Shown: positions 1 through 10,056 of the stretch, in pieces
Layout: every line of letters begins with the position of its first letter
How positions within the stretch are numbered: the first letter of the stretch is position 1
Origin: Elusimicrobiota bacterium
Lineage (GTDB): Bacteria > Elusimicrobiota > Elusimicrobia > Elusimicrobiales > UBA9959
Direction: 5' to 3'
DNA length: 31,960 bases
NCBI GenBank assembly: GCA_037137395.1
Contig: JBAXKK010000022.1
Coordinates: forward strand, 1-31,960
Translations under genes and position numbers: made by a program
The notes under the pieces: model-generated
What the model was told of the DNA's origin: nothing
The model's database searches: none
The model's input: only the letters and a program-made list of their open reading frames with translations

Positions 1-41
1 ATGACCTGTCCAAAGGCCGGATAGTTTACAGGGAAAAATAA
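1..41 (+). CDS. infA: Translation initiation factor IF-1, 3' end only (runs off window)
   Basis: Frame starting at nt 3 reads DLSKGRIVYREK-TAA(39-41), matching the IF-1 C-terminus (YDLxKGRIVYR). Lies in the canonical position upstream of rpmJ-rpsM. Confidence 0.85.
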   Translation, partial: DLSKGRIVYREK

Positions 42-45
42 TAAC

Positions 46-127
46 TGCTCAGACGGACAACCGTGGGCAGGCAGACTGTGGATAAGAAAATAAAAGGCGG
101 ACAATAGCCTGCAGTCCAGCCAACCTG
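46..127. repeat. Degenerate inverted pair of ~7-bp tandem arrays (AGACTGT/GGCAGGC-like) in the infA-rpmJ gap
   Basis: Left CAGACGG..GTGGGCAGGCAGACTGTGG and right AGCCTGCAGTCCAGCCAACCTG are roughly complementary, around an A-rich spacer. Confidence 0.35.
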
Positions 128-145
128 ATTCTAGGAGCGAGTAAA

Positions 146-259
146 ATGAAAGTAAGAGCCAGCGTGAAAAAAATTTGCATTAAATGTAAGATCGTGAAAC
201 GCAAAGGCGTTGTCAGGGTCATTTGCGAAGACCCCCGCCACAAACAGCGGCAGGGATAG
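146..259 (+). CDS. rpmJ: 50S ribosomal protein L36 (zinc-ribbon type)
   Basis: Absent from the ORF track. Manual translation gives [37 protein letters not shown], with an AGGAG RBS at 133-137. Confidence 0.97.
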   Translation: MKVRASVKKICIKCKIVKRKGVVRVICEDPRHKQRQG

Positions 260-261
260 CA

Positions 262-399
262 GGCAGTGGCCGGTGTTCGGTGAACATTAGCCGGAGTCTT
301 TTTAAAATATATACAGAGAGGAGGAAGTGTTTGGTTAAGGAGGGATTTATGATGAATGCGGCTTCCGCGCTCGTCACTGCCCACCGCCCACTGACCACT
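262..399. repeat. Inverted pair of 7-bp tandem arrays (CACTnnn family)
   Basis: Left GGCAGTG-GCCGGTG-TTCGGTG (262-282); right CACTGCC-CACCGCC-CACTGAC-CACT (375-399). Confidence 0.65.
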
Positions 400-407
400 T
401 TTTTATT

Positions 408-806
408 ATGGCAAGAATAGCAGGTGTGGATTTACCGAGGGAAAAACGGATAGACGTGGCGCTCGCTTATGTTTTCGGCATAGGGCGTCCGCTAGCGCTT
501 AAGATTTTAGGCGGTCTAAAAAATCAGATTAACCCCACTACCAGGGTTAAAGATATGACCGAAGATCAGGTCGGTCTTCTGAACTCTATCATCTCCAAAG
601 AATACAAGGTGGAAGGCGAACTTCGCAGAGAAATCACCGCCCACATGAAAAGACATATCGAGATAGGTAGCTACAGGGGCATGAGACACAGGCGCATGCT
701 TCCCGCGCGCGGCCAGAGAACTAAAACCAACGCCCGCACCCGCCGCGGCAGAAGGAAGACCGTCGGTTCAGCGGCTAAAGCTCCGGCTAAACCCGCGGCT
801 AAATAA
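408..806 (+). CDS. rpsM: 30S ribosomal protein S13
   Basis: [10 protein letters not shown] start and [26 protein letters not shown] motif; synteny. Confidence 0.98.
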   Translation: MARIAGVDLPREKRIDVALAYVFGIGRPLALKILGGLKNQINPTTRVKDMTEDQVGLLNSIISKEYKVEGELRREITAHMKRHIEIGSYRGMRHRRMLPARGQRTKTNARTRRGRRKTVGSAAKAPAKPAAK

Positions 807-827
807 TCAGGAGGATCGGAATTTATC

Positions 828-1265
828 ATGACTGAAGAGAAGAAACAACAGCAGCCCGCCGTGGACGGATATAAAAAGACCGAGCACAAGCCTCAGGCCA
901 AGAGGCGCTATCATGGCACCGTGACTTTTGCCAAGGTGTACATCAACTGCTCTTTTAATAATACCATCGTCACCATTACCGATGAAAAGGGAAATGTTCT
1001 GGCCTGGTCAACATCAGGCGCCAACGGTTTCAGAGGCACTAAGAAGGGGACGCCGTTCGCGGCGCAGATAACTTCTTCCAAAGCCTGCGGCAGGGCGATG
1101 GAGTACGGCGTCAAGCAGGCGGTGGTGTTGGTCACAGGCCCCGGACCCGGAAGAGAAACAGCGATCAGGGCGATAGCTTCGAGCGGTATACACGTGATTT
1201 CCATAAAGGACACCACGCCTATTCCGCACAACGGCTGCAGGCCGCCCAAACCCAGAAGAGTCTAA
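828..1265 (+). CDS. rpsK: 30S ribosomal protein S11
   Basis: [20 protein letters not shown] and [18 protein letters not shown] motifs. Confidence 0.98.
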   Translation: MTEEKKQQQPAVDGYKKTEHKPQAKRRYHGTVTFAKVYINCSFNNTIVTITDEKGNVLAWSTSGANGFRGTKKGTPFAAQITSSKACGRAMEYGVKQAVVLVTGPGPGRETAIRAIASSGIHVISIKDTTPIPHNGCRPPKPRRV

Positions 1266-1289
1266 TTTACCACGGAGGATAAAAGTTTA

Positions 1290-1934
1290 ATGTCTAGATA
1301 TACAGGACCCAGCTGCAAAAAATGCAGAAAAGTAAGCCAGAAGCTGTTTCTCAAAGGCAGCAAATGCTCCACCAATTGCATCGTGGATAAGAAGGCTAAA
1401 TCCAGTCGCGATAAAAAGTTCTCGTCCGGAGGCCCGGGCGGCATGAAAAAAATGTCCGACTACGGCAAACATCTGCGCGAGAAGCAGATTGCGCGCCTAA
1501 TGGCTCAGATCACTGAAACGCAGTTCAGGCGTTTTTTTGACAAAGCCTCCAAGGACAAGGGAAAGACCGGAGAGGCCCTGTTGCGCTTCCTTGAAGTCAG
1601 GCTTGATAATATTGTGAGGCGCCTGGGTTTCGCGGTCTCCATGAAGACCTCCAGACAGCTTGTAAACCACGGCCACATACGCGTCAATGGCCGCCAGACG
1701 GACATTCCGTCCTTCCTTGTTAAGCCCGGCGACACGGTGACTATCGACCCGAAGACCGCGCAGACCCCCGCCGTAAAGCAGGGGCTTGAAAACGCGGAAA
1801 AATCGGCGCCCAGGCCCAGTTTCCTGTCATATGATACCGCTACTATGACTGGTAAAATGGTCCGCTGGCCCGACCGCGGAGAAGTTTCCATAAACGTCGA
1901 TGAACAGCTTATAGTAGAGTTTTATTCCAAGTAA
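1290..1934 (+). CDS. rpsD: 30S ribosomal protein S4 (Cys4 zinc-binding type)
   Basis: MSRYTGPSCKKCR, SDYGKHLREKQ, LEVRLDNIVRRLGFA and EQLIVEFYSK motifs. Confidence 0.98.
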   Translation: MSRYTGPSCKKCRKVSQKLFLKGSKCSTNCIVDKKAKSSRDKKFSSGGPGGMKKMSDYGKHLREKQIARLMAQITETQFRRFFDKASKDKGKTGEALLRFLEVRLDNIVRRLGFAVSMKTSRQLVNHGHIRVNGRQTDIPSFLVKPGDTVTIDPKTAQTPAVKQGLENAEKSAPRPSFLSYDTATMTGKMVRWPDRGEVSINVDEQLIVEFYSK

Positions 1935-1952
1935 TCAGGAGGCCGTCAATAA

Positions 1953-2933
1953 ATGTTTACCTTTTCAAAACAGCTTATTATCCCCGAAGCGATTAATGTC
2001 GAGGAAAAAACAAAGACCGGTAACTATGCCAAGTTCACCGCCGAGCCCTATGAGAGAGGCTATGGCCACACCATAGGCAACTCACTGCGCCGCATCCTGC
2101 TCTCCAGCCTGGATGGTTCAGCTGTCGTGGCGGTCCGAATCAAGGGCGCCAGGCATGAATACGCCACTATAAACGGGGTTCAGGAAGATGTCATCAACAT
2201 CCTGCTGAATCTTAAGAAGCTGCGCGTGCGGCTCACCGGCGAGGGCCCCGAGACTCTTCTGCTGTCTGTGCATGGTAAAAAGGAAGTCAAGGGCTCCGAT
2301 ATCCGCGAGAACGCCAATGTTGAAATTATTAATAAGGAACTGGTTATAGCCCATGTGGAATCCGGCGCGGTTTTTGAAGTAGAACTGGAAGTTGCCAGCG
2401 GCGCCGGCTACCTGACTTCGGAAGAAATCAGGGCGCGGATGAATCTCCCCGCCGATTTTATCCCGATGGACGCGCTTTTCTCCCCTATACAGAAGGTGCA
2501 CTATAATGTTGAGAACGCGCGCGTAGGCCAGCGGACAGACTATGACAGGCTAGTCCTTGAGATCTGGACTGATGGCAGTATCAGCCCCGAAACCGCTGTT
2601 AATAAGACCGCGTCGCTGTTGCGCCGCTCGATCATTCCGTTCCTGCCGGAAGCCGAAGCTGCCGCCGAGCCCGCCAAGGCTGTTGGCGCCGTCGACTCCG
2701 GAGAGAAGGGCGTGGAGCTTAAAGGTACGCTCGATCAGGGCGTTGAGATGATAGAACTCTCTTCCCGGGCCTCCAACTGTCTTAAAGTCGCGGGCATCCG
2801 CACCATCGGTGAGCTGGTGGGCAAGACCGAGGAAGACCTGTTGGCCGTCAAGAATTTCGGCAAGAAATCTCTGGACGAGATCAAGGATAAGCTCAAGGAA
2901 ATGGGCCTCGAACTCGGCATGAAGGTCGCGTAA
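1953..2933 (+). CDS. rpoA: RNA polymerase subunit alpha
   Basis: EPYERGYGHTIGNSLRRILLSS, VENARVGQRTDYDRL and alpha-CTD LSSRASNCL...NFGKKSLDEI motifs. Confidence 0.98.
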   Translation: MFTFSKQLIIPEAINVEEKTKTGNYAKFTAEPYERGYGHTIGNSLRRILLSSLDGSAVVAVRIKGARHEYATINGVQEDVINILLNLKKLRVRLTGEGPETLLLSVHGKKEVKGSDIRENANVEIINKELVIAHVESGAVFEVELEVASGAGYLTSEEIRARMNLPADFIPMDALFSPIQKVHYNVENARVGQRTDYDRLVLEIWTDGSISPETAVNKTASLLRRSIIPFLPEAEAAAEPAKAVGAVDSGEKGVELKGTLDQGVEMIELSSRASNCLKVAGIRTIGELVGKTEEDLLAVKNFGKKSLDEIKDKLKEMGLELGMKVA

Positions 2934-2951
2934 TCGCCAAAAGGACCGTTT

Positions 2952-3296
2952 ATGATAAAAAATCTCGGACACAGAAAACTTTCAAAGACAGGCTCGCACA
3001 GACGTGCCATGTTCTCCAATATGGCGACCAGCCTTCTCCTGCATGAGAAGATCAAGACTACCGTGCCTAAAGCCAAAGAACTCCGCCGCGTGGTGGAGGG
3101 TGTTATCAATGACGCCAAGCTTGGCCGCAGACTTTCGGTTAGGAAGATCATAAAGAGCAAAGATGTGTATCACAAGGTGTTTGATGTGATCGCCCCCAGA
3201 TATAAGGACCGCAAAGGCGGCTGCACCCGGATACTGCTGCTCGGGGCCCGCAAAGGCGACGCCACCGAAGTGGCTCTGATTAAACTTGTAGATTAA
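2952..3296 (+). CDS. rplQ: 50S ribosomal protein L17
   Basis: HRRAMFSNMATSL, IKTTVPKAKELR and RYKDRKGGCTRI...RKGD motifs; follows rpoA. Confidence 0.97.
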   Translation: MIKNLGHRKLSKTGSHRRAMFSNMATSLLLHEKIKTTVPKAKELRRVVEGVINDAKLGRRLSVRKIIKSKDVYHKVFDVIAPRYKDRKGGCTRILLLGARKGDATEVALIKLVD

Positions 3297-3300
3297 AAAA

Positions 3301-4453
<1,153 letters not shown>

Positions 4454-4658
4454 CTGGAGCGCTGAAGTTTTTCTCACGCAGTTTTGCCCTACCGGCCGTT
4501 TCGCGGCCCTGCGCTTTTAAGTTCCCGACAAAATCGAGTCTCTCATTCAGGCCGTTCAGGGCAATATATATTGCGCTTGGCCGTCTGATGTGCATAGCGC
4601 TTGTTACGGCAGAGCCATAGGTTAGAAACGGCGCGGCCATAGGCTGGAGGGACGACTT

Positions 4659-5519
4659 ATGAACAGGGAGAAAGACATTGCAAATTATACTGCTGTCTTT
4701 TTCATCTTTATTTCCTTTCTCCTCCTCCTTTTCCCTTCCACCCGGATAGCGCAGACCGCCCGCATATTCTTCAGCTATAGTCTTTACCCATCGCTTCACT
4801 ACGGCTCCAAATACGACCATTTTATCCGTAATGTGCCGGATAATTTCCTTAACATTCTCAAGACCGATCAGGAAAACAGGGCTCTTACCGTCAGGATCAA
4901 AGAGCTGGAAATCTCCATAAAGGCGGCCGAAGCCGCGGATGAGGAGAACCGGCGCCTGACCTCTGAGATGGGGCTTTCACGTAACATCGCTCTAAAAGGC
5001 GTATGGGCCAGAGTTATTAACAAGAATCCGCAGGACTGGTACGGCGCGTTTTTTATTAATAAGGGTGCCAAAGACGGCATAGCGCTTAACTCAACAGTGG
5101 TGGGGTTTGAGAATGGTCGCGTGGGTCTGGCCGGCCGTGTCTTAGAGATTTATCAGGATTTTTCCAAAGTGCTGCTAATTACAAACAGCGTTTCTTCGGT
5201 GATTTGTTCGCTGCACGGAGCCAACTTCGAAGGCTTGGCCGAGGGACGGGGCACATGGCTTCTAAGGATGAATTATATACCGGAGGGTTCTGCCATCACC
5301 GAAGGCCTGGAATTCGTGACTTCTCCGGGTGGCCTGCTGTTTCCGCAGGGTCTGCCGGTGGGCCGGGTGCAAAAAGTTTATCCCAGAGAATCCTTTATGA
5401 ATTTTATTACCGCGGATGTCGCGCCGGCTATAACTATTAACGCGCTTAAGGAGGTCTACGTGGTGAAAAGAGACTTCCCGGCAGACCTTGCTGTCATCCA
5501 GGAGACTTTAAAAAAATGA
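4659..5519 (+). CDS. mreC: Rod shape-determining protein MreC
   Basis: N-terminal TM, coiled coil (ENRRL), INKGAKDGI and TSPGGLLFPQGLPVGRV; synteny. Confidence 0.93.
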   Translation: MNREKDIANYTAVFFIFISFLLLLFPSTRIAQTARIFFSYSLYPSLHYGSKYDHFIRNVPDNFLNILKTDQENRALTVRIKELEISIKAAEAADEENRRLTSEMGLSRNIALKGVWARVINKNPQDWYGAFFINKGAKDGIALNSTVVGFENGRVGLAGRVLEIYQDFSKVLLITNSVSSVICSLHGANFEGLAEGRGTWLLRMNYIPEGSAITEGLEFVTSPGGLLFPQGLPVGRVQKVYPRESFMNFITADVAPAITINALKEVYVVKRDFPADLAVIQETLKK

Positions 5520-5995
5520 GATTAATAGGCGATATCCTGATTTACCTCCTGACAGGGGTTATCTACTGGTGGTGGACAACCAACCTTTCCGTTTTTGGAG
5601 CGGCGCCCAATATCGTTTTCGCGGCGGCTTTGTCGGCAGCCATAATAGCCCGCCCGGCCAAGGCTCTGGCCTACTGTTTTTTCTTCGGGATCTATCTGGA
5701 CATGCTTGGCTCTAACCTTTTCGGGGCTTACGCTCTTACCTACACGCTTATGGCCTACGGCATTTATATTATGAAGCGGCACCTTGATTTGGTCAGCCCT
5801 TTTTCTCAGGTTATAGCGGCGTTTACGCTCACGATGATATCCACGCTGTTCTATCAGGGACTATCTCTTACGCTCGCTAAGATAAATCCGCTTCAGTTGA
5901 AGGCGTTTCTGATTGAGCCTTTTCTCAATGCGCTCCTGGCCCCTGTAGTGTTTTATTTTTTCGCGCAGTTTAAAAGAAGATTTGATCTATTATGA
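5516..5995 (+). CDS. mreD: Rod shape-determining protein MreD
   Basis: 159-aa polytopic membrane protein between mreC and mrdA with ATGA overlaps; APN and FFGIYLD..FG motifs. Confidence 0.85.
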   Translation: MRLIGDILIYLLTGVIYWWWTTNLSVFGAAPNIVFAAALSAAIIARPAKALAYCFFFGIYLDMLGSNLFGAYALTYTLMAYGIYIMKRHLDLVSPFSQVIAAFTLTMISTLFYQGLSLTLAKINPLQLKAFLIEPFLNALLAPVVFYFFAQFKRRFDLL

Positions 5996-7806
5996 TTGAA
6001 CGCGGCATTTCGCAGGACAGGATGAACCTCTTATGGGGCCTCGTCGCGGCGGTCAGTCTGGTCTTCGCGCTCCGGCTCGTAAGTCTTCAGATTATTATGC
6101 ACGCTCATTACCGGGAGATAGCGGAAAGGAACAGGACCCAGATTCTGCCTCAGGCGGCCCCCCGAGGGCGCATTTACACCAGGGATTCGGCCGCGGTAGC
6201 GACCAATAAGCCTTCCTTCAGTCTTATCTATTTCCCCGGAGCCGTGAAGTCCGCGGACGATATCAACCTTATGACGCGCAGTCTGTCTCAGCGTCTCAAT
6301 ATCCCCTTTGACACGCTGAGCGCCGGCCTTTACAAAGCGATCAAAAAAGGCGCGCCTGTGCGCCTGGCCGAGAACCTGTCCTTAAAAGCCATGTTTGCGC
6401 TTTCCGAGCTGAAGACAATGTATTCGGGCATAGACATAATAGTCGAAGCCCGGCGGTATTATCCTTTCGGGAATTATTTGAGTCATGTTACCGGGTATAT
6501 CAGCAAGATGGACGCGGGGGAATGGGCCGTCTATGGGAGGGATAAGAATTACGGGATGGATGCGCGCGTTGGCAAGGCGGGGCTGGAAAAGATGTACGAA
6601 AGAAACCTCAAGGGCAAGGACGGCGGTATTTATCTGGAAGTGGATTCAAGGGGGAAGCTTAAGCGAATATTGGAAAGCCGCAAATGGCAGCCCGGGTCCG
6701 ATATCTACCTTACCATAGATTCTAAGATTCAGTCCGCCGCCGAAGAGGGACTGAAAAGATCCAACACCGGGAGAGGCGCTGTGGTGGCGATAGACCCCAG
6801 GTCGGGTGCCGTGCTGGCCTTGGCCTCCATGCCGGATTATGACCCGAACCGTTTCGTTTCTTATACCGACGAGAAGACTGCTGATAACCTGAAAGAGTTG
6901 CCCGAGTTCAACGTCGCCGTGCAGGGCACCTATCCGCCTGCCTCCATTTTTAAAATCATCAGCTCTATCGCGGGCCTCGATTCCGGCAAGATAGCTCCGT
7001 CCGAAACTTTTTTATGCCCCGGCTATTTTGACGCCGGTAGCCGTATTTTTAAATGCTGGGATAAAAAAGGTCACGGGAAAGTGGATTTTGTGAATGGCAT
7101 GGCTAAATCCTGCGACGTCTATTATTATAATTTGGGCATAAAAACCGGCCCGTTGAATATCGAAAAGTACGCCCGGATGTTCAGGCTCGGTATGCCCACA
7201 GGCATACCGCTGCCGGACGAAAAGAGCGGTAATATTTTCGGGCCCAGCAAGCGTGCGGCCAGAAAAAGTTACTGGTTTATAGGTGACACTCTGAATCTCA
7301 GTATCGGCCAGGGGGAGACGCTTGTTACCCCTATCCAGATGGCGCAGCTCGCCGCGGTCGTCGCGAGCCGCGGGACTTTTTGGCGGCCGTACTATGTCGA
7401 TTACATAATGGATGCCGAAAAGCAGGTAACTTTTCAGAGCAAGCCGGAAAAAATTTCTCAGGTGGAACTCAAGGAGAGCACCTGGGCGCTTATAAAAGAA
7501 GGCATGGGGGAAGTTGTGCTTGAGGGTACCGGACAGACCGTAAGAATAGAAGGTGTGGAGATATTCGGCAAAACCGGCACGGCTCAAAATCCGCATGGCA
7601 AGGACCACGCCTGGTTTATGGCGTACGCGCAACTGCCTGGCAAAGAGCCCGAGGTTGCGGTGGCCGTGCTGGTGGAACACGGAGAGCACGGGGCTTCCGC
7701 GGCGGTGCCTATAGCGAAGGCCGTTATCCTCGCCGCCTTGCGGGACAGGTTGCCGGGCGGCCCGGAGACTGTGAAAATCTCCACCGCGGCGGGGGAGGGC
7801 AGATGA
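5992..7806 (+). CDS. mrdA: Penicillin-binding protein 2
   Basis: APRGRIYTR, SxxK (ASIFK), SxD (SCD) and KTG (GKTGTAQ) motifs; precedes rodA. Confidence 0.96.
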   Translation: MIERGISQDRMNLLWGLVAAVSLVFALRLVSLQIIMHAHYREIAERNRTQILPQAAPRGRIYTRDSAAVATNKPSFSLIYFPGAVKSADDINLMTRSLSQRLNIPFDTLSAGLYKAIKKGAPVRLAENLSLKAMFALSELKTMYSGIDIIVEARRYYPFGNYLSHVTGYISKMDAGEWAVYGRDKNYGMDARVGKAGLEKMYERNLKGKDGGIYLEVDSRGKLKRILESRKWQPGSDIYLTIDSKIQSAAEEGLKRSNTGRGAVVAIDPRSGAVLALASMPDYDPNRFVSYTDEKTADNLKELPEFNVAVQGTYPPASIFKIISSIAGLDSGKIAPSETFLCPGYFDAGSRIFKCWDKKGHGKVDFVNGMAKSCDVYYYNLGIKTGPLNIEKYARMFRLGMPTGIPLPDEKSGNIFGPSKRAARKSYWFIGDTLNLSIGQGETLVTPIQMAQLAAVVASRGTFWRPYYVDYIMDAEKQVTFQSKPEKISQVELKESTWALIKEGMGEVVLEGTGQTVRIEGVEIFGKTGTAQNPHGKDHAWFMAYAQLPGKEPEVAVAVLVEHGEHGASAAVPIAKAVILAALRDRLPGGPETVKISTAAGEGR

Positions 7807-9143
7807 TATTCACTGCGACCTCCGGCATTAAAAAAAATAGAATGGACTGGCTGCTTTTTTTCTCGGTGCTCGCGCTTCTCACCATCGGCACTCTAGCCAT
7901 CTTCTCCTCGGTAGCCGTTCTGCCTAACCAGATACGCATAATCAGGACGCATCTCATAGCCGTTCCGCTCGGATTCGCGGTTTTCGCAGCCGTGTGGCGC
8001 CTAAATTACCAGATTTTTCAGGACCAATGGAAGTTTATATACGGGGCGGTGCTGCTGGCGCTCGTGGGCGTGCTCTTTTTCGGAGTGGTGGACAAAGGTT
8101 CCAGATCCTGGTATCATCTGCCTTTTTTTTCCATACAGCCTTCCGAATTATCCCGCATCGGATTGATACTTGTGATAGCTAATTACCTCGACAAGAGAAT
8201 AGGGAAAATTAAGGAGTTTTCGGTAGTGTTTGGCGCACTGATGCTCAGCCTGCCGGTGTTCCTTCTGCTGATCAAGCAGCCGGATTTCTCAGCCATTCTG
8301 ATCACGCTGCCTATAATCCTGATTATGCTGTTCGCGGCGGGGGCAAATCCTTTCCACCTTGCCGTCATACTGGGGTATAGTTTTATTTCGGCACTTTTTC
8401 CGATCCTATGGACTATCATAAATCTTAACCCGGAACTGCTGGACAGCCCCCTGATAAGTTATTTCTTCCACCTTTCAAGTTTCGGCTGGAGTTCCCTGGG
8501 TTTCGTGCTTGGTGTCGGCGCAACGGCGTATCTTCTCTGGATACTTTCCGTGAAGCTTTATTCCAATATCTCAGGCGTTTTCTTCGGGGGGGCGGCTCTG
8601 GTGCTCATACTCGGCTTTTTTTCCGGAGTGATGGTAAAGCACCAGATGAAGGAGTATCAGCAGAAGCGTCTTGAGGTCTTTCTGTCTCCTGAATCGGATC
8701 CTAAGGGGGCCGGGTACAACTTGCTGCAGGCGCGTATCGCCATCGGTTCCGGCGGAGTGCTGGGTAAAGGTATCTTCTCCGGAACCCAGTCCAGGTTGGG
8801 TTTTATTCCGGAGAGGCACACCGACTTTATACTTGCGGTAGTGGGAGAGGAGATGGGATTCTGGGGAACCATGCTGGTAATGGGTCTTTATGTTATCATA
8901 CTTAGCAGGATACGGACCTGCGCCAATCTGGCGCGGGACCGTTTCGGTTACTTAGTCAACTGCGGGATATTCGGCATGTTTATGGTGTACTTTTTTATCA
9001 ATTCCGGTATGCTCCTGGGGTTAAGCCCCGTGGCCGGGGTACCGCTGCCGCTGCTTTCATACGGCGGGTCGAACCTTGTGGCCACCCTGATATCCCTGGG
9101 TTTGGTGCAGTCGATTTATGCCCGGAGGTACGCGCTGGTGTAG
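7803..9143 (+). CDS. rodA: Rod shape-determining protein RodA (SEDS glycosyltransferase)
   Basis: IQPSE, QPD, IAIGSGG, PERHTDFI and GVPLPLLSYGGS motifs. Confidence 0.96.
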   Translation: MIFTATSGIKKNRMDWLLFFSVLALLTIGTLAIFSSVAVLPNQIRIIRTHLIAVPLGFAVFAAVWRLNYQIFQDQWKFIYGAVLLALVGVLFFGVVDKGSRSWYHLPFFSIQPSELSRIGLILVIANYLDKRIGKIKEFSVVFGALMLSLPVFLLLIKQPDFSAILITLPIILIMLFAAGANPFHLAVILGYSFISALFPILWTIINLNPELLDSPLISYFFHLSSFGWSSLGFVLGVGATAYLLWILSVKLYSNISGVFFGGAALVLILGFFSGVMVKHQMKEYQQKRLEVFLSPESDPKGAGYNLLQARIAIGSGGVLGKGIFSGTQSRLGFIPERHTDFILAVVGEEMGFWGTMLVMGLYVIILSRIRTCANLARDRFGYLVNCGIFGMFMVYFFINSGMLLGLSPVAGVPLPLLSYGGSNLVATLISLGLVQSIYARRYALV

Positions 9144-9167
9144 ATCATGGCGCAAGGCTCCATGATT

Positions 9168-9259
9168 GCCGTAAGCCATAAGCTGTCGGCCATAGAGTTT
9201 CAAAGAGTTCTTTAATGTTTCTGCTTATGGCATACGGCTTAAAGCCTAAAGCCTATGGC
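9168..9259. repeat. Inverted pair of 7-bp tandem arrays (GCCATAA family)
   Basis: Left GCCGTAA-GCCATAA-GCTGTCG-GCCATAG (9168-9195); right CTTATGG-CATACGG-CTTAAAG-CCTAAAG-CCTATGG (9224-9258). Confidence 0.75.
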
Positions 9260-9280
9260 ATATATGTAGCGAAAATATTT

Positions 9281-9958
9281 ATGGACAACATTGCTAAAAC
9301 ACGTATGCGGCTTAAGTTTGCCAGGCTTGCGGGAGCTGCGCACATGTCGCACCTGGATCAGATAAAGGCGCTGCGGGGTATGGCGGCCGCGTCCGGTCTG
9401 GATTGTATGCCATCCGGACAAACCAGAAACTTGGTTCCCAAAATGGCTTTTGGCCCCGCGCTTTCCCAGGGTTATGAAAGCCGCTGTGAGTATGCCGACC
9501 TCTACCTTGCCCAGCAGTGTAAAGAAGATGTATGCAGAGTTAAGTTAGAGGCGGTAAAGTCGGAGGCTTTCGGCTTGCTGACCGTTAAAAGGGTGCCGAT
9601 TTTATTCCCGTCCATAGAAGCCAGCGTGAGCGCGGCCGGGTATCTTATAGAGGCGGACTTTAAAGGAGAATTTTCTCAGGCGATGCTGGACGCGTTTTTA
9701 GCGCGCGCAAGCGTCCGGTACGAAAAAGTGAAGTCAACGGGTGACGCGGAAACTATAGACATAAGGCCGCTGATTCTCGGTGCGGAATTGGATGAGGGCG
9801 CGGGCATTATGCGCCTGATGCTGAAGATGGAGCCAGGAAAGAATATCAAACCCGAAGCCGCGCTAAACGTCATGGCCGGCCGGGAAATAAAGATAAAAAA
9901 AGTGGTAAGAGAAGAATTATATTGGCTTGACTCAAAGGGCAAGCTGGAAGTGATTTAA
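9281..9958 (+). CDS. DUF2344 / TIGR03936-type radical SAM-associated protein
   Basis: RLKFAR..SHLD, PKMAFGPAL.QGYESRCEY.D and DIRPLI motifs, in the typical position between rodA and rng. Start set to ATG 9281 because the 9215 extension merely translates the 7-bp repeats. Confidence 0.8.
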   Translation: MDNIAKTRMRLKFARLAGAAHMSHLDQIKALRGMAAASGLDCMPSGQTRNLVPKMAFGPALSQGYESRCEYADLYLAQQCKEDVCRVKLEAVKSEAFGLLTVKRVPILFPSIEASVSAAGYLIEADFKGEFSQAMLDAFLARASVRYEKVKSTGDAETIDIRPLILGAELDEGAGIMRLMLKMEPGKNIKPEAALNVMAGREIKIKKVVREELYWLDSKGKLEVI

Positions 9959-9967
9959 GTAATCAGA

Positions 9968-10026
9968 GAGCAAGGTTTAAGAAGTTAAGGGTCTTAATCT
10001 TTAACGCTTACTCCGCAATCCTGTAA
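9968..10026. repeat. Short inverted 7-bp arrays (TTAAG/CTTAA family)
   Basis: GAGCAAG-GTTTAAG-AAGTTAAG versus CTTAATC-TTTAACG-CTTACTC-CGCAATC. Confidence 0.5.
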
Positions 10027-10056
10027 TTAAAAAAGTGTAAGGAGAATTTACATACT

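Noticed and set aside
49..420. ORFs 49..384 (-) and 223..420 (+)
   Set aside because: They overlap the clear rpmJ gene and repeat-containing intergenic DNA, and show no recognisable motifs.
146..1934. Cys-rich L36 and S4
   Set aside because: These are ordinary zinc-binding (C+) forms of the ribosomal proteins.
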